The position numbers were made by a program, and so were the translations under genes. Positions 51,720 to 64,000 of a stretch of DNA of 64,000 nt are shown here, in pieces. The notes under the pieces are model-generated. The model had not been told where the DNA came from, did not search any database, and worked only from the letters and a program-made list of their open reading frames with translations. The stretch is from Nageia nagi (Eukaryota > Plantae > Pinophyta): positions 157,170,001 through 157,234,000 of the forward strand of contig JBITNC010000001.1 of assembly GCA_050084985.1 (NCBI GenBank). Reading direction: 5' to 3'. The stretch's first letter is position 1; every line of letters starts with the position of its first letter.

Positions 51720-54700
51720 ATAGTTAGGTCCGGTTCAAAGCAAGGAATGTACAATAACTTTTGGATCTGAAAAGCAAGTCCAAAATCCTCATTATAGCAT
51801 TTTTTCTCCACTAGGGTATAAATTTGCAGGTCCATACTCTCTGCCTTCTGCTTAGAAACACAACTTTTGTTTTTAGCTAGTGTTTTTTTCAAATAAAAAA
51901 GGCATTTTTTACCATTTTTGGGCCCCGTTAAAACGCCAAAAAATGCAGGCGATTTAAAATGAAAATTATGTGTTATTTTCATAGCATTTAACCAGCAAAA
52001 ATACACATTTTTTTGCGCAAAAACGGCAGCAGATGGGCAGAATGGTTAAATAGAAAAAATGAAGTTTTTTGGCTCATTTCTTTGTGAAGCTTGGGAGAAG
52101 GAGAAGGGAGAGTGGAGCTGTGAGCAGTGTTCTTGTAAGTTGATTTTGTGATTTGAAGAGGTTGGAGGCTAAACTTGTCCACCATGATCATTTGTCCACC
52201 ATAGCAGAAGATTATTGGGGTTGCATTTCAGATTGTCTTTCATTTCATCCATTCTACAGTCTAGAAATCAAGATGCCTAACAAGTTGGATCCTTTTTGGA
52301 GGTATGTAACAGCATTGGAGGGCAGGGCAGGGAAGAGACAATGTAAAATTTGTAGGAGGAGTTATCTCTAAAGGGATTATGAGATTCAAAGCCCATATTT
52401 CTCAACAAACAAGGAGAGATGTGGAAATTTTCTTAGGTACAAGAGCAAGCCTTGCCCTAGAGGCAACCAAAGCCCTTGAAGCTACAACAGAGAAAATGCT
52501 TAAAATGGCTACCATTCAAGCTGAGTTGAGGATCCATGCTTCAAAATTTCAAATTCCCAATGTTGTGAGTTCTAGTGCTGGAAGTGGAAGTCAACAATCT
52601 TCTCAACATATTGGAGTCTCTTCCTACTTTGGGCCACAGACAACACCTAGAGCCCAACCATCTATTACCAGTTTGCTAAGAAAGAATGAGAAGAAAAAGG
52701 CAAACTTGGTCCTGCTTATGAAGAATTGCAGGGGCCTCTTGTGTAGGATCTCAAGCAAGAGAGCCTCGAGAGGTATATTAAATTTTAATTATTATATTTT
52801 TCAAAATATTTTTTTACTTGTAGTGTTTAGTAACATTTTTGTAGATTTGTATTTTAATTTTTAGTTGCTTTTTTATTTTGCTTTTTTCATATTGTCTAAA
52901 ATCTGAGTCTTGGAAGTTAGTCTGACGGATGGACAAATATCAAGGGTACAACCCTAATTAATTTCCTAGTGTATTGTCCACAAGGCATAATATTCAAGAA
53001 ATTCATTAATGCATCCCCACATACAAAGAATACAAATAGGTTATGTGACCTATTAGACTAGTTTGTGCAGGAGGTGGAGCACATTGTCCAGGTGGTCACA
53101 AACAATATTGCTAACTATGTTGTAGCCGAGAAGTTACTCATGGAGATGTACCGCACCACTTTTTGGACTCCATGCCCTACCAATTGCATTGATCTTATTT
53201 TGGAAGACATGAACAAAATTGGATTGGATGGGAGAGCTGGTTGACCAAGCAAGGTCAATCATCAAGTTCATTTATATTAAAACATCCATTCTTAGCATTC
53301 TAAGGCGATTCACTACGAATAGGGAATTGTTGCACGCAAGAGTCACAAGGTTTACCTCAAACTTCATCTCCCTTCAGTCAATTCAAAGGTGCATGCATGA
53401 GCTTCAAGCAATGTTTGTTTCTAAAGAGTGGTATGATTCCCCCATTAGCAAGAAGCCAAAGGGCCAAGCGGTGGCTCCTTTGATAGGCAAGTTGGAATTT
53501 TGGAAGGTGATCAAAGATATTTGTTCGGTGACTGCACCACTTGTTGTCATTCTTTGCTTAGTTGATGAGGATAGGCCTGCTATGGGCTACTTGTATGAGG
53601 CCATTGATAGGGCCAAGGAAGCCATCAAGACTTGGTATGAGGAGCACCTTGAGGATGATGATGAGTTTGATAATAAGTACAACATCTTTTGGAGCATCAT
53701 TGATCAACGTTGGGACAACATGCTCCATCGCCCTATTCATGTAACAAGTGCCTTGTTGAATCTTAGCTTATTATTTGCACCAGGCTCCACATACATGAGT
53801 GATCCTAAGGTTTCAAGAGGGGTAACAACATGCATATGCAGTATGGTGAGTGATTCTGCCATATGTACGCAAATCCTTAAGGACATTGAGAAGAACATAA
53901 TCACTTGGCTTCTTTGGTTTTGGTGTTGCTAAAGAAAAACATGGGGAGCTCTCTCCAGGTGAGAGGAAACTTCTAAGTTCAAAGTTCAAAATAAATAATA
54001 AATATTTCAAATTGTTCATTTTGTTGTTTTTTTATACATTTAAGCTCTTACCAATTTTATTTTTTTCTATTTTGATTTGTATTTTAGATTTGTGGCAGAA
54101 GTGTTTTGGGAGTGATACACCCAACTTGCAAACATTATCCATACCCTTCCTCAATCAAACATGAAACACTTCAAGACACGAGCACAATTGAAATGCCTTT
54201 AAAAAAATTCACTTCAAGAAGCACAACAGGTTAGCAATTTGATTCATTTCAATTTTGATTCTTTTCAACTTTCAAGAATCAATGGATACTTCTTAGTTCT
54301 TGCAATTATGTTTCAATTTGCAATTTATATGACGAAATTTGTTTAATGTATTAGGCTGTCAAAGCAACGCTTAAATGATATTGTGTACATCTACGTCAAC
54401 CTGCAATTGTATGTGAAGCAATTGCACAAGAAGGATGAAATGGAAGCCATTGACTTGTCTTCCAATGACCCCACATTTAGTGCTGCACCTCCATGCAACA
54501 TAGTAGATGAGGAGTTTTGAGCTGTAATGTCCCCAATTTGAGAATGCCATTCATGTATGACACTCTCATGCTTCACTTACTCAACATGGAGTGGGACATC
54601 CCCCTTGGACAATAATTAAGTGTGCCTTGGTGTATTTTGTAGTATTCAGGAGTGATTTGGTATTTAGGAGTATTTTAAAATAATGAATAAGGCATTTTAG

Positions 54701-56260
54701 TGATTCGTGGGGCCCAAGGAAATGTTAGAAGACTTAAAGTGGGTCATCCAACTAGGAGGAGAAGGAATGCTCCATTCAATGCATTTTTATTTGTCCATTT
54801 GACCACTTGGAGTGAGACGTCCCTCTTCTAAGGATGTGTAGGCATAATTTATTGTATTTATACATGATTTATGTAATTAAGAATCATTTTGTAATTGTTC
54901 TTGGGCATGATATCATTAGTGGGTATCTATAGTTGAAATATTTGTGATTCTGAGATCCAATTGTGAGCCCAATATAGGACAGCCAGTTTTGTATGATTCC
55001 AAGTTGCGATCTAGATCCCAAAATAGGAAGTCTAGCTATTTGGGAGGTATCTTTGTCTATTATCATCTTCTATCTTTTGAGTAAGTGACTTGTCACTTCT
55101 CTAACCTTCCTATGGACGAAAACCTGTAGAAAGCAAACTTCTTGAGAACAAAAACCCTCTAGGAGTAAAGGATCAAGGACAAAAACCCTTGTGTTCTCAA
55201 GAGTGGATCCATCCAAAGTTCACTTGGTGTTTCAGTGTTCCAAATCCGACAATTGGAGGTCCTTCAATGGTGTGTCCAACCTGCGGGATTGTGGAAGTCC
55301 CGTTTTGAGTTTAGATCAAGGGGCTTAGAGGCCCTAGCAATGTGACATCTAGCCAAATTTGCATTCTTGGAGATTGTTTGAGCTAGATTTGGTCTCCTAA
55401 GCCAAACGCCTAGCCCATTGGGCCATCTTTGTTGAGTTTTGAGCTTTGTATTTGATTTGTGAGTGCAATATATTTCAGATCTGATTTTTCTGTCCCAAAT
55501 AAAAATTGTTTTGTACGGAATTTGCTATTTTTTAGTAAATTAGTAATTTGGGACATTGCATGGGCTACATGGCTTGAGTTGGAGTACAAGATGGATACAC
55601 ACATGGAGGAAGAGGATCAAGATATGCATTTGGAGTTGGAGGATCCATTGCCTACTGTGGACTTTGGTGTTGTACTCGCTGCACCTATTGAGGATGATTC
55701 TCCGCACTCCCAAAGGCAACGCCAAACAAGATTGGCCCCTCATAGCAAAGCACCCTTGACCTAGCCTAGTCCTACTAGTAGAGCACATGGTGGTTGACTT
55801 ATTAATAAAAAGGTTAGAGGCTCAGACCGTTGATGTCCTAACATTAGAGTTTTTGTACTTGTTGGAACTTGGCACTTGGCAATATGAGTAGGCATATAAC
55901 ATGCATTTTGTAGATTACTTTTTATTTCATATATTTGTGTATATCGATGTTATGATTTAATAATATGAATAATGATTCACCATCATTTTTTTAAAATTTA
56001 TGTCATAAATGTATTGTTAGATGATATGGCCCATACAAAAATATTTTATGGCAATTAGATAAGCGTATTCTATGGAAAAATATATAAAAAATTGCAAGTT
56101 TTTTTTAATGCACCATGTTTTTTTCCCGTTTTAAATGTACCACATTTTTCATGTTTTTTCTGTTTTTTTTTTTTCCATTCTTGCCCTTTTTAAAAATTTG
56201 CCCCAAATCCATTTTCTTGCCATACCCATTTTTCTGAACGTTGAATCTAACAACATGCCA
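51720..56260 (+). mobile_element. Degenerate hAT DNA transposon with an intron-containing transposase pseudogene
   Basis: BED finger (DPFWRYV...QCKICRR...RFKAHI) from 52273, catalytic SDGWTN at ~52921, TRFTSNF, PAMGYLYEAIDRAKEAI, IIDQRW...HRPIH, and C-terminal dimerisation exons at ~54089-54229 and from 54356 (RLNDIVYIYVNL). Termini and TSD unresolved. Confidence 0.88.
54523..55560. mobile_element. Solo LTR (1038 bp) inserted in the last hAT transposase exon
   Basis: Termini TGTAATGTCCC / GGGACATTGCA. TSD TGAGC/TGGGC. Removing it restores DEEFWATWLE. Confidence 0.88.
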
Positions 56261-56399
56261 AATCCTACCAAGCATAAAAATACAACCTACTATACTAACA
56301 GTATGCCCCAGCTCAATGACATCAACTACTAATTTAACAACTTTTTTACCATTGGAATGGAAGAAGTTAGAATAACTCCAAGGCAAAAGGCATTGTATT

Positions 56400-59300
56400 C
56401 GATTTGAGATAAGAATAAAAGTATAAATACATCACAAAGTGACTTTACATATTCACCTCCATAGGTGACATTTGGATTACACATGGACTCTTCATATGCC
56501 CTTCCTTATTACTCCTAATATTCAACTAAACTCCTATAGCCGAATTTACTAAATATAGTACATACTATTACTATATTATAAATACCATAATCCCTAAGGA
56601 TTAGGTGTCTAACATGGAAATTTGAAAATTCAAAATACTAGAGAAATTTGCCCTCCAAAGCCTGATTTTGTACTCATTATTGAAGGCCCATTCTTGCAAA
56701 CTACGAGTCAAATTTTCATTTCAGAAAAAATGTTGGATCCTTGTTTTTCTAAGAATCTAGATCTTGAAGACCGAGGTCTTGTCAGAAAATTATAGCCCAT
56801 TCTATTATGAATCAAGTATGAAACATTTCTCTTTAATTTGACATTAATTCTTTTTCATTTTTTCAGAATTTTCTTTTCTACTATTCTCTCACCATGGACA
56901 CATATAAAGTTTGTATAATCTTGATGGCACCAGTTATGTCTAATGGCAATTCGAGATGAAGTTACTTATGGGAATCTACAAATGGACCAAGTACATCTTC
57001 AAAGACAAGATAGAAGTTGCGACCTTAGCAAATAGTAAATTTGAGGATAAGGAGACTATTGTTGTCATTCTCAAATATACCCTATCCAAGGACTTGGCCT
57101 GCATTGTCAATTATTTGAAAGATCCATGGTCAATTTCAAACAAGTTGGAATATATAGTTCAGAACGTGGGAAATGAACAAATTTGTGCCCTATGCAAGCA
57201 ATTCCTCTTGCTTTACCTTCAAGCCTTCCCTAACATCATAGCCTTCTTTTACAAGATTGATGGAATCCAATGTAAAATTGAGTTTTCTGTAGAGGAATGT
57301 ACCAAGGATGGTGATACAAAAGTCCTCTAATGCCTTGCATTGATAATGAGAGCTTCTAAATAGGTTGTGAAATACAAATATAGAGTTCAACAAATACTCC
57401 TAAAGATACATATCATGGATGAGCAATAGTGTACAAAAACAAAACTACTCTAAAACTAGAAACAAAAAGTACAAAGATATAAACTTCAATAATTAGATGT
57501 TGAGCTAATTGATCACATTCTTCTTATTTGACTAGAAAATATAACATTTTTGTTGACCATTTAAAGGGATGTATTTGTCTAAATCTTGTAAAACTATCGA
57601 TTGTTGCCAACTTACATGATCTTTTGATCACATACGATGCCTTAAAAGGAAATTGTCACTTGACAAGGGCAAGCTCTTGTCTCCACAGTTGAAAGACAAG
57701 CGCAAGAAGAAAGGAAAGGACAACAGAGGAAAATCAAAATCAATGTGAAAATCAGCAATATCATGTAAAAAAGTGATGACAAGAAAAATAAAAGCAAGAA
57801 ACAATGCATATATAGCAGCAAGAGTGGTTATTAGGATCACAATTACTTCAAGAGGTTGGCTGATTTGAAGAAAGAAGTCCAAGAACTTAAAAAGTCTTTT
57901 TATGGAGTCAAGACTAAAGAACATGACCACGTACACTTCATCGGCCCAATGTTGAAGATAGGTGTTTGCTTGTTGATGCTTTTAATGCTAGCTTCTCTTC
58001 CACAAAGTAAATGGTACATAGATTCAAGAGTTTCACATCCTATGACTAATGAGATGATGAAGTTATCCAAGCTGCCAATGCTATGTGTTTGCCCATTAAG
58101 GGATTAGAGATATAAGCTATAAAGGAGGATGTTTGTTTTGTCTTGAATATAAACGTCAATTTACTTATCAACTCATCTCAAGGAAGATGTCGAATTTGTG
58201 AACAACAAAGCCTTCGTCAAGGATGTCCAAGATAAATTCAAGATATTTACAAAAGGTGCCATTGAGAACGTTTCAAGTCTCTTCAAGTTTAAATGATACA
58301 CTAATGATCCGAAGGAGGAGTAAGTTTCTATGGTTGCTTCCATTGATGAGAGAAGCAAGCAATATTGCATAGGGCATCTAAATTTTTGATCACTTCCCTT
58401 CATGTGCAAAGAAGATATAGTGGATTGTTTACCTTCTCTTAAACCTCCAAGTGGTGTTTGCAAGGGATGTGCTCTTGGAGAGTATCATAAGGAATCATTT
58501 GAGAAAGGGAAGGCTCATCATTCTACGAAGTTTTTGGAGCTTATACACTATGATTTGTGTGGTCCCATGGCCACAACTTTGATTGGTAGGTCAAGGTATG
58601 TACTCATTTTTACTAATGGTCTTTCAAGGAGGCTATTGGTATATTTCTTTAAATATAAAATTGAGGTTTTGGACCACTTCATAGACTTCAAGACCTTGGT
58701 TGAAAACCAAAGTAGCAAGCCCATCAAGATCAAGACAGAAAATGGAGGAAAGTACGTAAACCATGAGTTTGAAGCACTTGGTCATGAAGATGGAATTCTA
58801 AACCAATTGATCATTCCTTATACCCCTCAACAAAATAGGGTAGAGTAAAGAAATAAAAGAGTGTTTACAAAGATGGCTAGATGCATGCTACATGTGAGAA
58901 ATATTAACCTAAAGTTATGGGCAAAAGCAATGCAATGTGCCTCTTACATCGCCAATCATTGTCCTACAAGAGTTGTCAAGGGAATTACTCCAGAAGACAA
59001 GTGAAGTGGAAGAAGCCATTTGTGAGGTGCATGGACCCATATTCCCAAGGAGAAGATGACCAAGCTCGAACCTAAGAATCAAAATGCATCTTTGTTAATT
59101 ATGCAAAGGAGGATGACACATACTACCTCTATGATCCATCTATTAGGGATTTTATTCTTAGAAGAAACTTTCATTTTGATAAGGTATTGAAGCCAAATGC
59201 CCCCTCTACACATATGAAGCTTTTTGAAAATGAAAGGACTCGTTTTTATGTTCCTAGTTGCTAGGGTGAAGATCACATTGCAAATCAAGGTGGAGATCAT

Positions 59301-60215
59301 ATTTTAAATCAAATTGAAAATGACAATGCAGAGTATAATTTTCCAATGGTTGATGATCCATCTCATGAGTATGAAGTTGAGCTTGAGGAGTTTTCTGCAC
59401 CACAATAGGTTAGGAGGCATCTTGAGGAAGTCCCTCCAAAATTCAACATCTTACAGAACTTGAAGAAGAGACTCGTGGACAAAATCAGACTTAGTTTTGC
59501 ATTAATGGGGAAGGTCATGAAATGTAGGGATTCCACAACATATCAACAAGATCAAGGTACACTTTAATGGGAATTAGCCACTAAGGATGAATATAATGCT
59601 TTGATGAAGAACAAAACTTGGGATATAGTCCCAAAACCCAATGGTAAGAACATTGTGGGATGCAAGTGGGTCTCCAAAACCAAATTCAATTATAATGGGT
59701 GTGTAAAGAAACAAAAAGCTTGTTTAATGGCTAAGTGACTCTCAAGGGGTTGTCTATCATGAGACATTTGATCCTATGGAGTGTATAGACTCTATACAAC
59801 TTGCCCTTCCAAATGGACATCAAAAGTGTTTTCCTCAATGGGGATTTGCAAGAATATATCTATATGAACAAACCTAAATGTTTTGAGATGAAAGGACCCA
59901 TTAAATATGTGCACAAGTTGAGGGAGTCTGTATATAGCCTTAAGCAAGCACCTCAAGCTTGGTATGAGAAAATTGATGCCTTCATTATCAACACAAAATC
60001 TAAAAAGTGCTTAGAAGAATAATGTGTACATACAAAGGCAAGGTTATCAAGTGATAATGCTTGTACTTTATGTAGATGATTGATTATTATTAGGGTTCTT
60101 CATTACAAATCAAGGCAATGAAAAAGAGGTTGAGAAAGAGTTTTAAAATGATGGCTCTTCGTCTTGCACACAATTTTATTGGTTTGAAAGTTTGGCAAAT
60201 GGATCATAGAAATCA
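56400..60215 (+). mobile_element. Degraded, 3'-truncated Copia
   Basis: Probable LTR end TCTAACA at 56614, gag from ~56894, integrase (CKGCALG...HYDLCGPM...PYTPQQN, 58402-58848), RT (GCKWV, QMDIKSVFLNG, LKQAPQAWY, LYVDD). Confidence 0.85.
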
Positions 60216-61239
60216 ACATCCAAGAAATCATCTCTTAGACATGTCTTGATTGATTTCTTGGACTTGATTTTCTCTATGTTTTTGTTTCTTTTTGTTGCTC
60301 TTCTATTCAAATTCTTCAAAGAACAAGAAAGTAAAGACCTCAATGCTTGAATTGTCAATGCAACAACCTATTACCTGACAATATTGCATCCTCAAAGCAG
60401 ACATCATGGTGACGAATAGTGTATCCTCTTGGATTTACTACCCTATCATCAGAATGTTTGACTATTCCATCAAAGTTTGAACTAGGTGGTTTGTTGCTGA
60501 CAACTTGAGTCTTTTGAATGGCATTTGTCTCCCTTGTTGTTTCATAATGAAGATGAGACATTACAGTTGTACATGCACAGAGCAACTAATGTCCCAACAA
60601 AGTGTCATAACTTCCGATTTCTTCTCTTTAGATTACTAGCAAGCCCAAGGACCATTCCAAAACTAGGAAGCAATTCTAAACCTGAATTCTAGTGTCCAAA
60701 GTATGGGCTTGTTCAATATGTTGTATGCGTTTCCACATAGAACCTCCAAACCCTTGTTTCTAATCATTAATTGAGAGGTATTATTCTTGTCAATCATAAA
60801 GTGAGATGTATTACGATAATCTAGATGTGTGTTTTAACAATTTTATCTACCATAACATTTACTTGATAGCTTCTTTGGCAAGGTTGTCACATCCAAATCA
60901 TAAAAGTTGTAGTTGGCAATGACATAGCATGGGTGAAAAGAAATAGCATTATGCATAAGTTAGTTACGAAAAAATTACTAGAAAAAATATAAGAAATCAA
61001 ATATATGTTTGAAGTTCAATCATTTAATTGCTTAAAATAAGTCAACATGTTAACAACCGAATCAAAATCACATTTTTTTGCTCCACTCACAAATGATTTG
61101 CAAGTCAAATTAAAAACTCGTATGTTTGACCAGGTCTATTGTCATTATTCCCAAGTCATAGAATGTATGAAATTGATAGTTAAGAAAAAAGTCCACCAAA
61201 CTCCTTGGTATTACATCCTTCTTTCGAGCTTCCTCAGTT

Positions 61240-61680
61240 GAGGGAGCCCATAAGAGATGGAGAGATGACCCTCCTCATTCCACATGTTGCACCAAATGGC
61301 GCCTATAGGACACCTAGGCTCCTTGAGGACTCATCACTTCTTGTCCTTCTTCATCTCTAGCAACATCGCCATAAACAAAACCCACAGTGACCAAGGAGCT
61401 CTCTATTGGCCACACAATCGAGAACACCCACATACTCTGCCCTAGCTAGGCCTAGCGCAGTCCCTTCTTGATTGATCTATGCTATGTTATATTTCTTTTT
61501 TAGGGTTTTAACCCTTTTATTGTATAGCTTTAATTAGGTTTATTTTATTTTATTTTGGCTTTAGAGTGGACCTTTTAGAGGCCTTGCTTACTATGTTCAC
61601 ACTTTTGTACATTATAATCTCGTAATCTCATTGACCGCTTTTGGTCACATATGGAAAATAATATATTTTCTTTCTTTCTA
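61240..61680 (+). mobile_element. 5'-truncated LINE 3'-end fragment related to 38300-38592
   Basis: Shares TTTAGGGTTT, a CCYTTT(T)RGRGGCC-like motif and the terminal TAATATATTTTCTTTCTTTCT with the LINE end in intron 2. Confidence 0.6.
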
Positions 61681-62625
61681 AGGCAAAGAGTTCAAAAACT
61701 TGGCATAAGGACTCATGTTGCATTGGTCATGCCTTGCTTGAATCATGTTACATTGCATGTACCATAACTATGTAAAATTGCTGTCAGGTTTTTATATCTG
61801 TTTTTTGTCTGGACCATAATGATCACATACCTTCTTGTTATTCTCCACTTAATGTGGAAATTTATTTGCATGTTTTGCTCAATTAGACTTCTTTATTTTT
61901 AAATTCAAAAAACTTGAAGCCAAACTTCGTAAATTAGGCTATAATATAGCATAAATGCATAAATAGTAATCCCTCACATCAGTCATCAAGCAGTTGCGTC
62001 CTATCATCACCTTACTTTCTATTATTGCATCTTAATTATAATTCACATAAATATTTTAATCTCTTTTCTCTTTATTAGTTTTAGAATGACTTGCTTATGA
62101 CTTATCATTCATATAAATGTTTCAATCGTTATATGAAAGCCATTTAGTGAAATGCTCTTGGTTCAGTCAATAAGGTATCTAACACTAGCCAAAAGACTCA
62201 GAATCAACCAAATTATACGCAACAAACGCACTGCAAAAATCATTCAGCTACATGTATCATTCCTCAGATTCAAAAATAAACGAAATTTCAGACAAGAAAA
62301 TATACAAGCATGCACTCTACTTACCTTATACAACTCCTAACATTTATCATCTATTTTGACTGCAAAAACTATCATTATTGTTCATACACCTCCTCTTCAA
62401 ATTTTATTCAACTATGCAAATCAGACTTTTCCTTGACAGCATTTCCAAGCACAACTTTTACATTCTTTCTATAACTAGGTCAGACAAATTATTCGTATGA
62501 GAAAAATCATGAACTGTATAATGCTAACTAAAAGAACACTTTCGAGAGCAAAGGGAGTGGATCTCTTCAGGTTATCTGCAAATATTCGAAATTTATGAGA
62601 TTTGAGAAGAGGCCGACCTACATAC

Positions 62626-62796
62626 CTTCCATTTGAAAGTGCAAGTGAAATTTGAATGGACATTTTCATGGGAGTCGAAGATGTGGACAGAGCCATCGCG
62701 CGAGCCCGCCGCCATTCTGCTGCCACTGCGATTCCATGCATTGCAGTGGACGCCCTCCTCCATTGATACGATTGTCTTTCCCGCGGATTTCGCCAT
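62626..62796 (-). CDS. SEH1: SEH1 nucleoporin (WD40) exon 1, 57 codons
   Basis: ATG at 62796-62794. MAKSAGKTIVSMEEGVHCNAWNRSGSRMAAGSRDGSVHIFD...TCTFKWK resembles the plant SEH1 N-terminus (SWN.SG.RLAAGS..G). Donor AAG|GTATGT, phase 0. Confidence 0.93.
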
Positions 62797-63500
62797 GGTT
62801 TGGAACAGATGTATGTTTCTTCTGAGATTGAGAATGCAGATAACATATCAATTTCAACATAAATTTAGTTAGTGATGAATAGGTAGTTTTAATGATTTTG
62901 TGGATATCATTATAATATTTCTGAGATTGTTATAATATTTTTATGATTTCATCAACTTTATATAGTCATTAGACATTTTATAGCATTTAAAATATTTTAT
63001 AATTTTTTATTAATAAATTTTCATTTCAATTGTGAAGATTTGATAATTTATCGAAGATTATATATGTGAAAGTAAATTTTATAAAAAAAGAATTGTAGAA
63101 TTTAGGTTTTCATATTTAATCTTTTTAGTGTAAGATTAAAGATATAGATCAAAAAGGATATGAGAATTAATCAAGAATAAAAATTTAAAATCAACGTCAA
63201 TTTAAACAAATTACTAAATAAATGTCATATCTTTAATTATTGATCTTTTACTTTATTCATCATTATATGGCATATATTATTCATTAATTGAGCATTTAAT
63301 ACTTAATTGATTTGTAAATGGTTCAAGCATGGATAAGATTCAACTCGAAGCTAAAAGTATAGGTAAATATTTCTATTCTTCCAAAAATCTTTTTTCTTGT
63401 TATTTTTACTTGCTAGGATGATATAGATATGGTATTTGGAGGGACACCATGGTTTATAAACAACTCGAGTCTTTATATGTGAAAATGATCCCCATGCTTT
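62797..63500 (-). promoter_or_regulatory. Probable SEH1 5' UTR and AT-rich proximal promoter
   Basis: Lies immediately upstream of the SEH1 ATG. Very AT-rich with no recognisable TE. TSS not determinable. Confidence 0.4.
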
Positions 63501-63879
63501 GACTCGAATATGAATGAGGTAGACAAAATACCTCTTTGGGTAAGATTATACTAGTTACCACTACAATTTTTAAGAGAGAAATTTATGAAAAAATTTGAGA
63601 ATAACTTAGAAGAGTTCCTCATGGTTGATTCAAACAGTTAAAAAAAAGCCATCAGGAATTTTAGAGACTACAATTATTTTGTTGTGAAAATTAATTATTT
63701 TGGTTGTAATTCATCAGGATCTCCAAAGACTATGGGAGACGATTGAGAAGAAGGATGAGTACATTCTATAGTTGCAAGAGACTATGATTGCATCTATTGA
63801 GAAGTCTAGGAGTAGATCTAGGGGTCATAGTGTAGATTAGCATTCCCACCTTGGTGGGAAATGATGTATTATGTACCAT

Positions 63880-63882
<3 letters not shown>

Positions 63883-63936
<54 letters not shown>
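63883..63936. repeat. (TA)27 microsatellite
   Basis: Read directly. It follows the palindrome CATTCCCACC-TT-GGTGGGAAATG at 63841-63863. Confidence 0.97.
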
Positions 63937-63939
<3 letters not shown>

Positions 63940-64000
63940 CTTGTTCTCTTTTGTCCACTACAAAATTTCTTATTATTGTATGCATATGATTTTTTTTCGT

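Noticed and set aside
60220-60900. Possible minus-strand Gypsy protease-region remnant
   Set aside because: Motifs are too degraded to support a call.
1-62625. Orientation bias of intronic TEs relative to SEH1
   Set aside because: Both orientations occur and the numbers are too small.
62475-62872. Overlapping ORFs around SEH1 exon 1
   Set aside because: Alternate-frame and antisense shadows of a GC-richer exon.

Overview
AT-rich, CpG-depleted plant nuclear DNA; the intron sizes and TE types suggest a large-genome gymnosperm (inference). There is one host gene, nucleoporin SEH1 (WD40, minus strand). Six exons (62796 down to 8930) join with canonical GT-AG sites and consistent phases into 243 codons that match plant SEH1 as I recall it. 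The gene continues past the left edge. Its introns (23.5, 11.5, 1.4, 12.9, 3.9 and >8.9 kb) are filled with nested, decayed transposons: five Copia remnants, two Gypsy/chromovirus-type elements, six TSD-flanked solo LTRs, a LINE, a tRNA-derived SINE, hAT elements and a PIF-like MITE. The most unusual structure is a 4,979-bp TSD-flanked LTR-like unit (43344-48322). It carries ten 58-bp palindromic modules with an exactly 34-bp interior, three repeated CANNTG/TATA cassettes and a non-Gag/Pol ORF, and is a candidate protein plus cognate-site (or small-RNA) system. All alignments and counts were done by eye.
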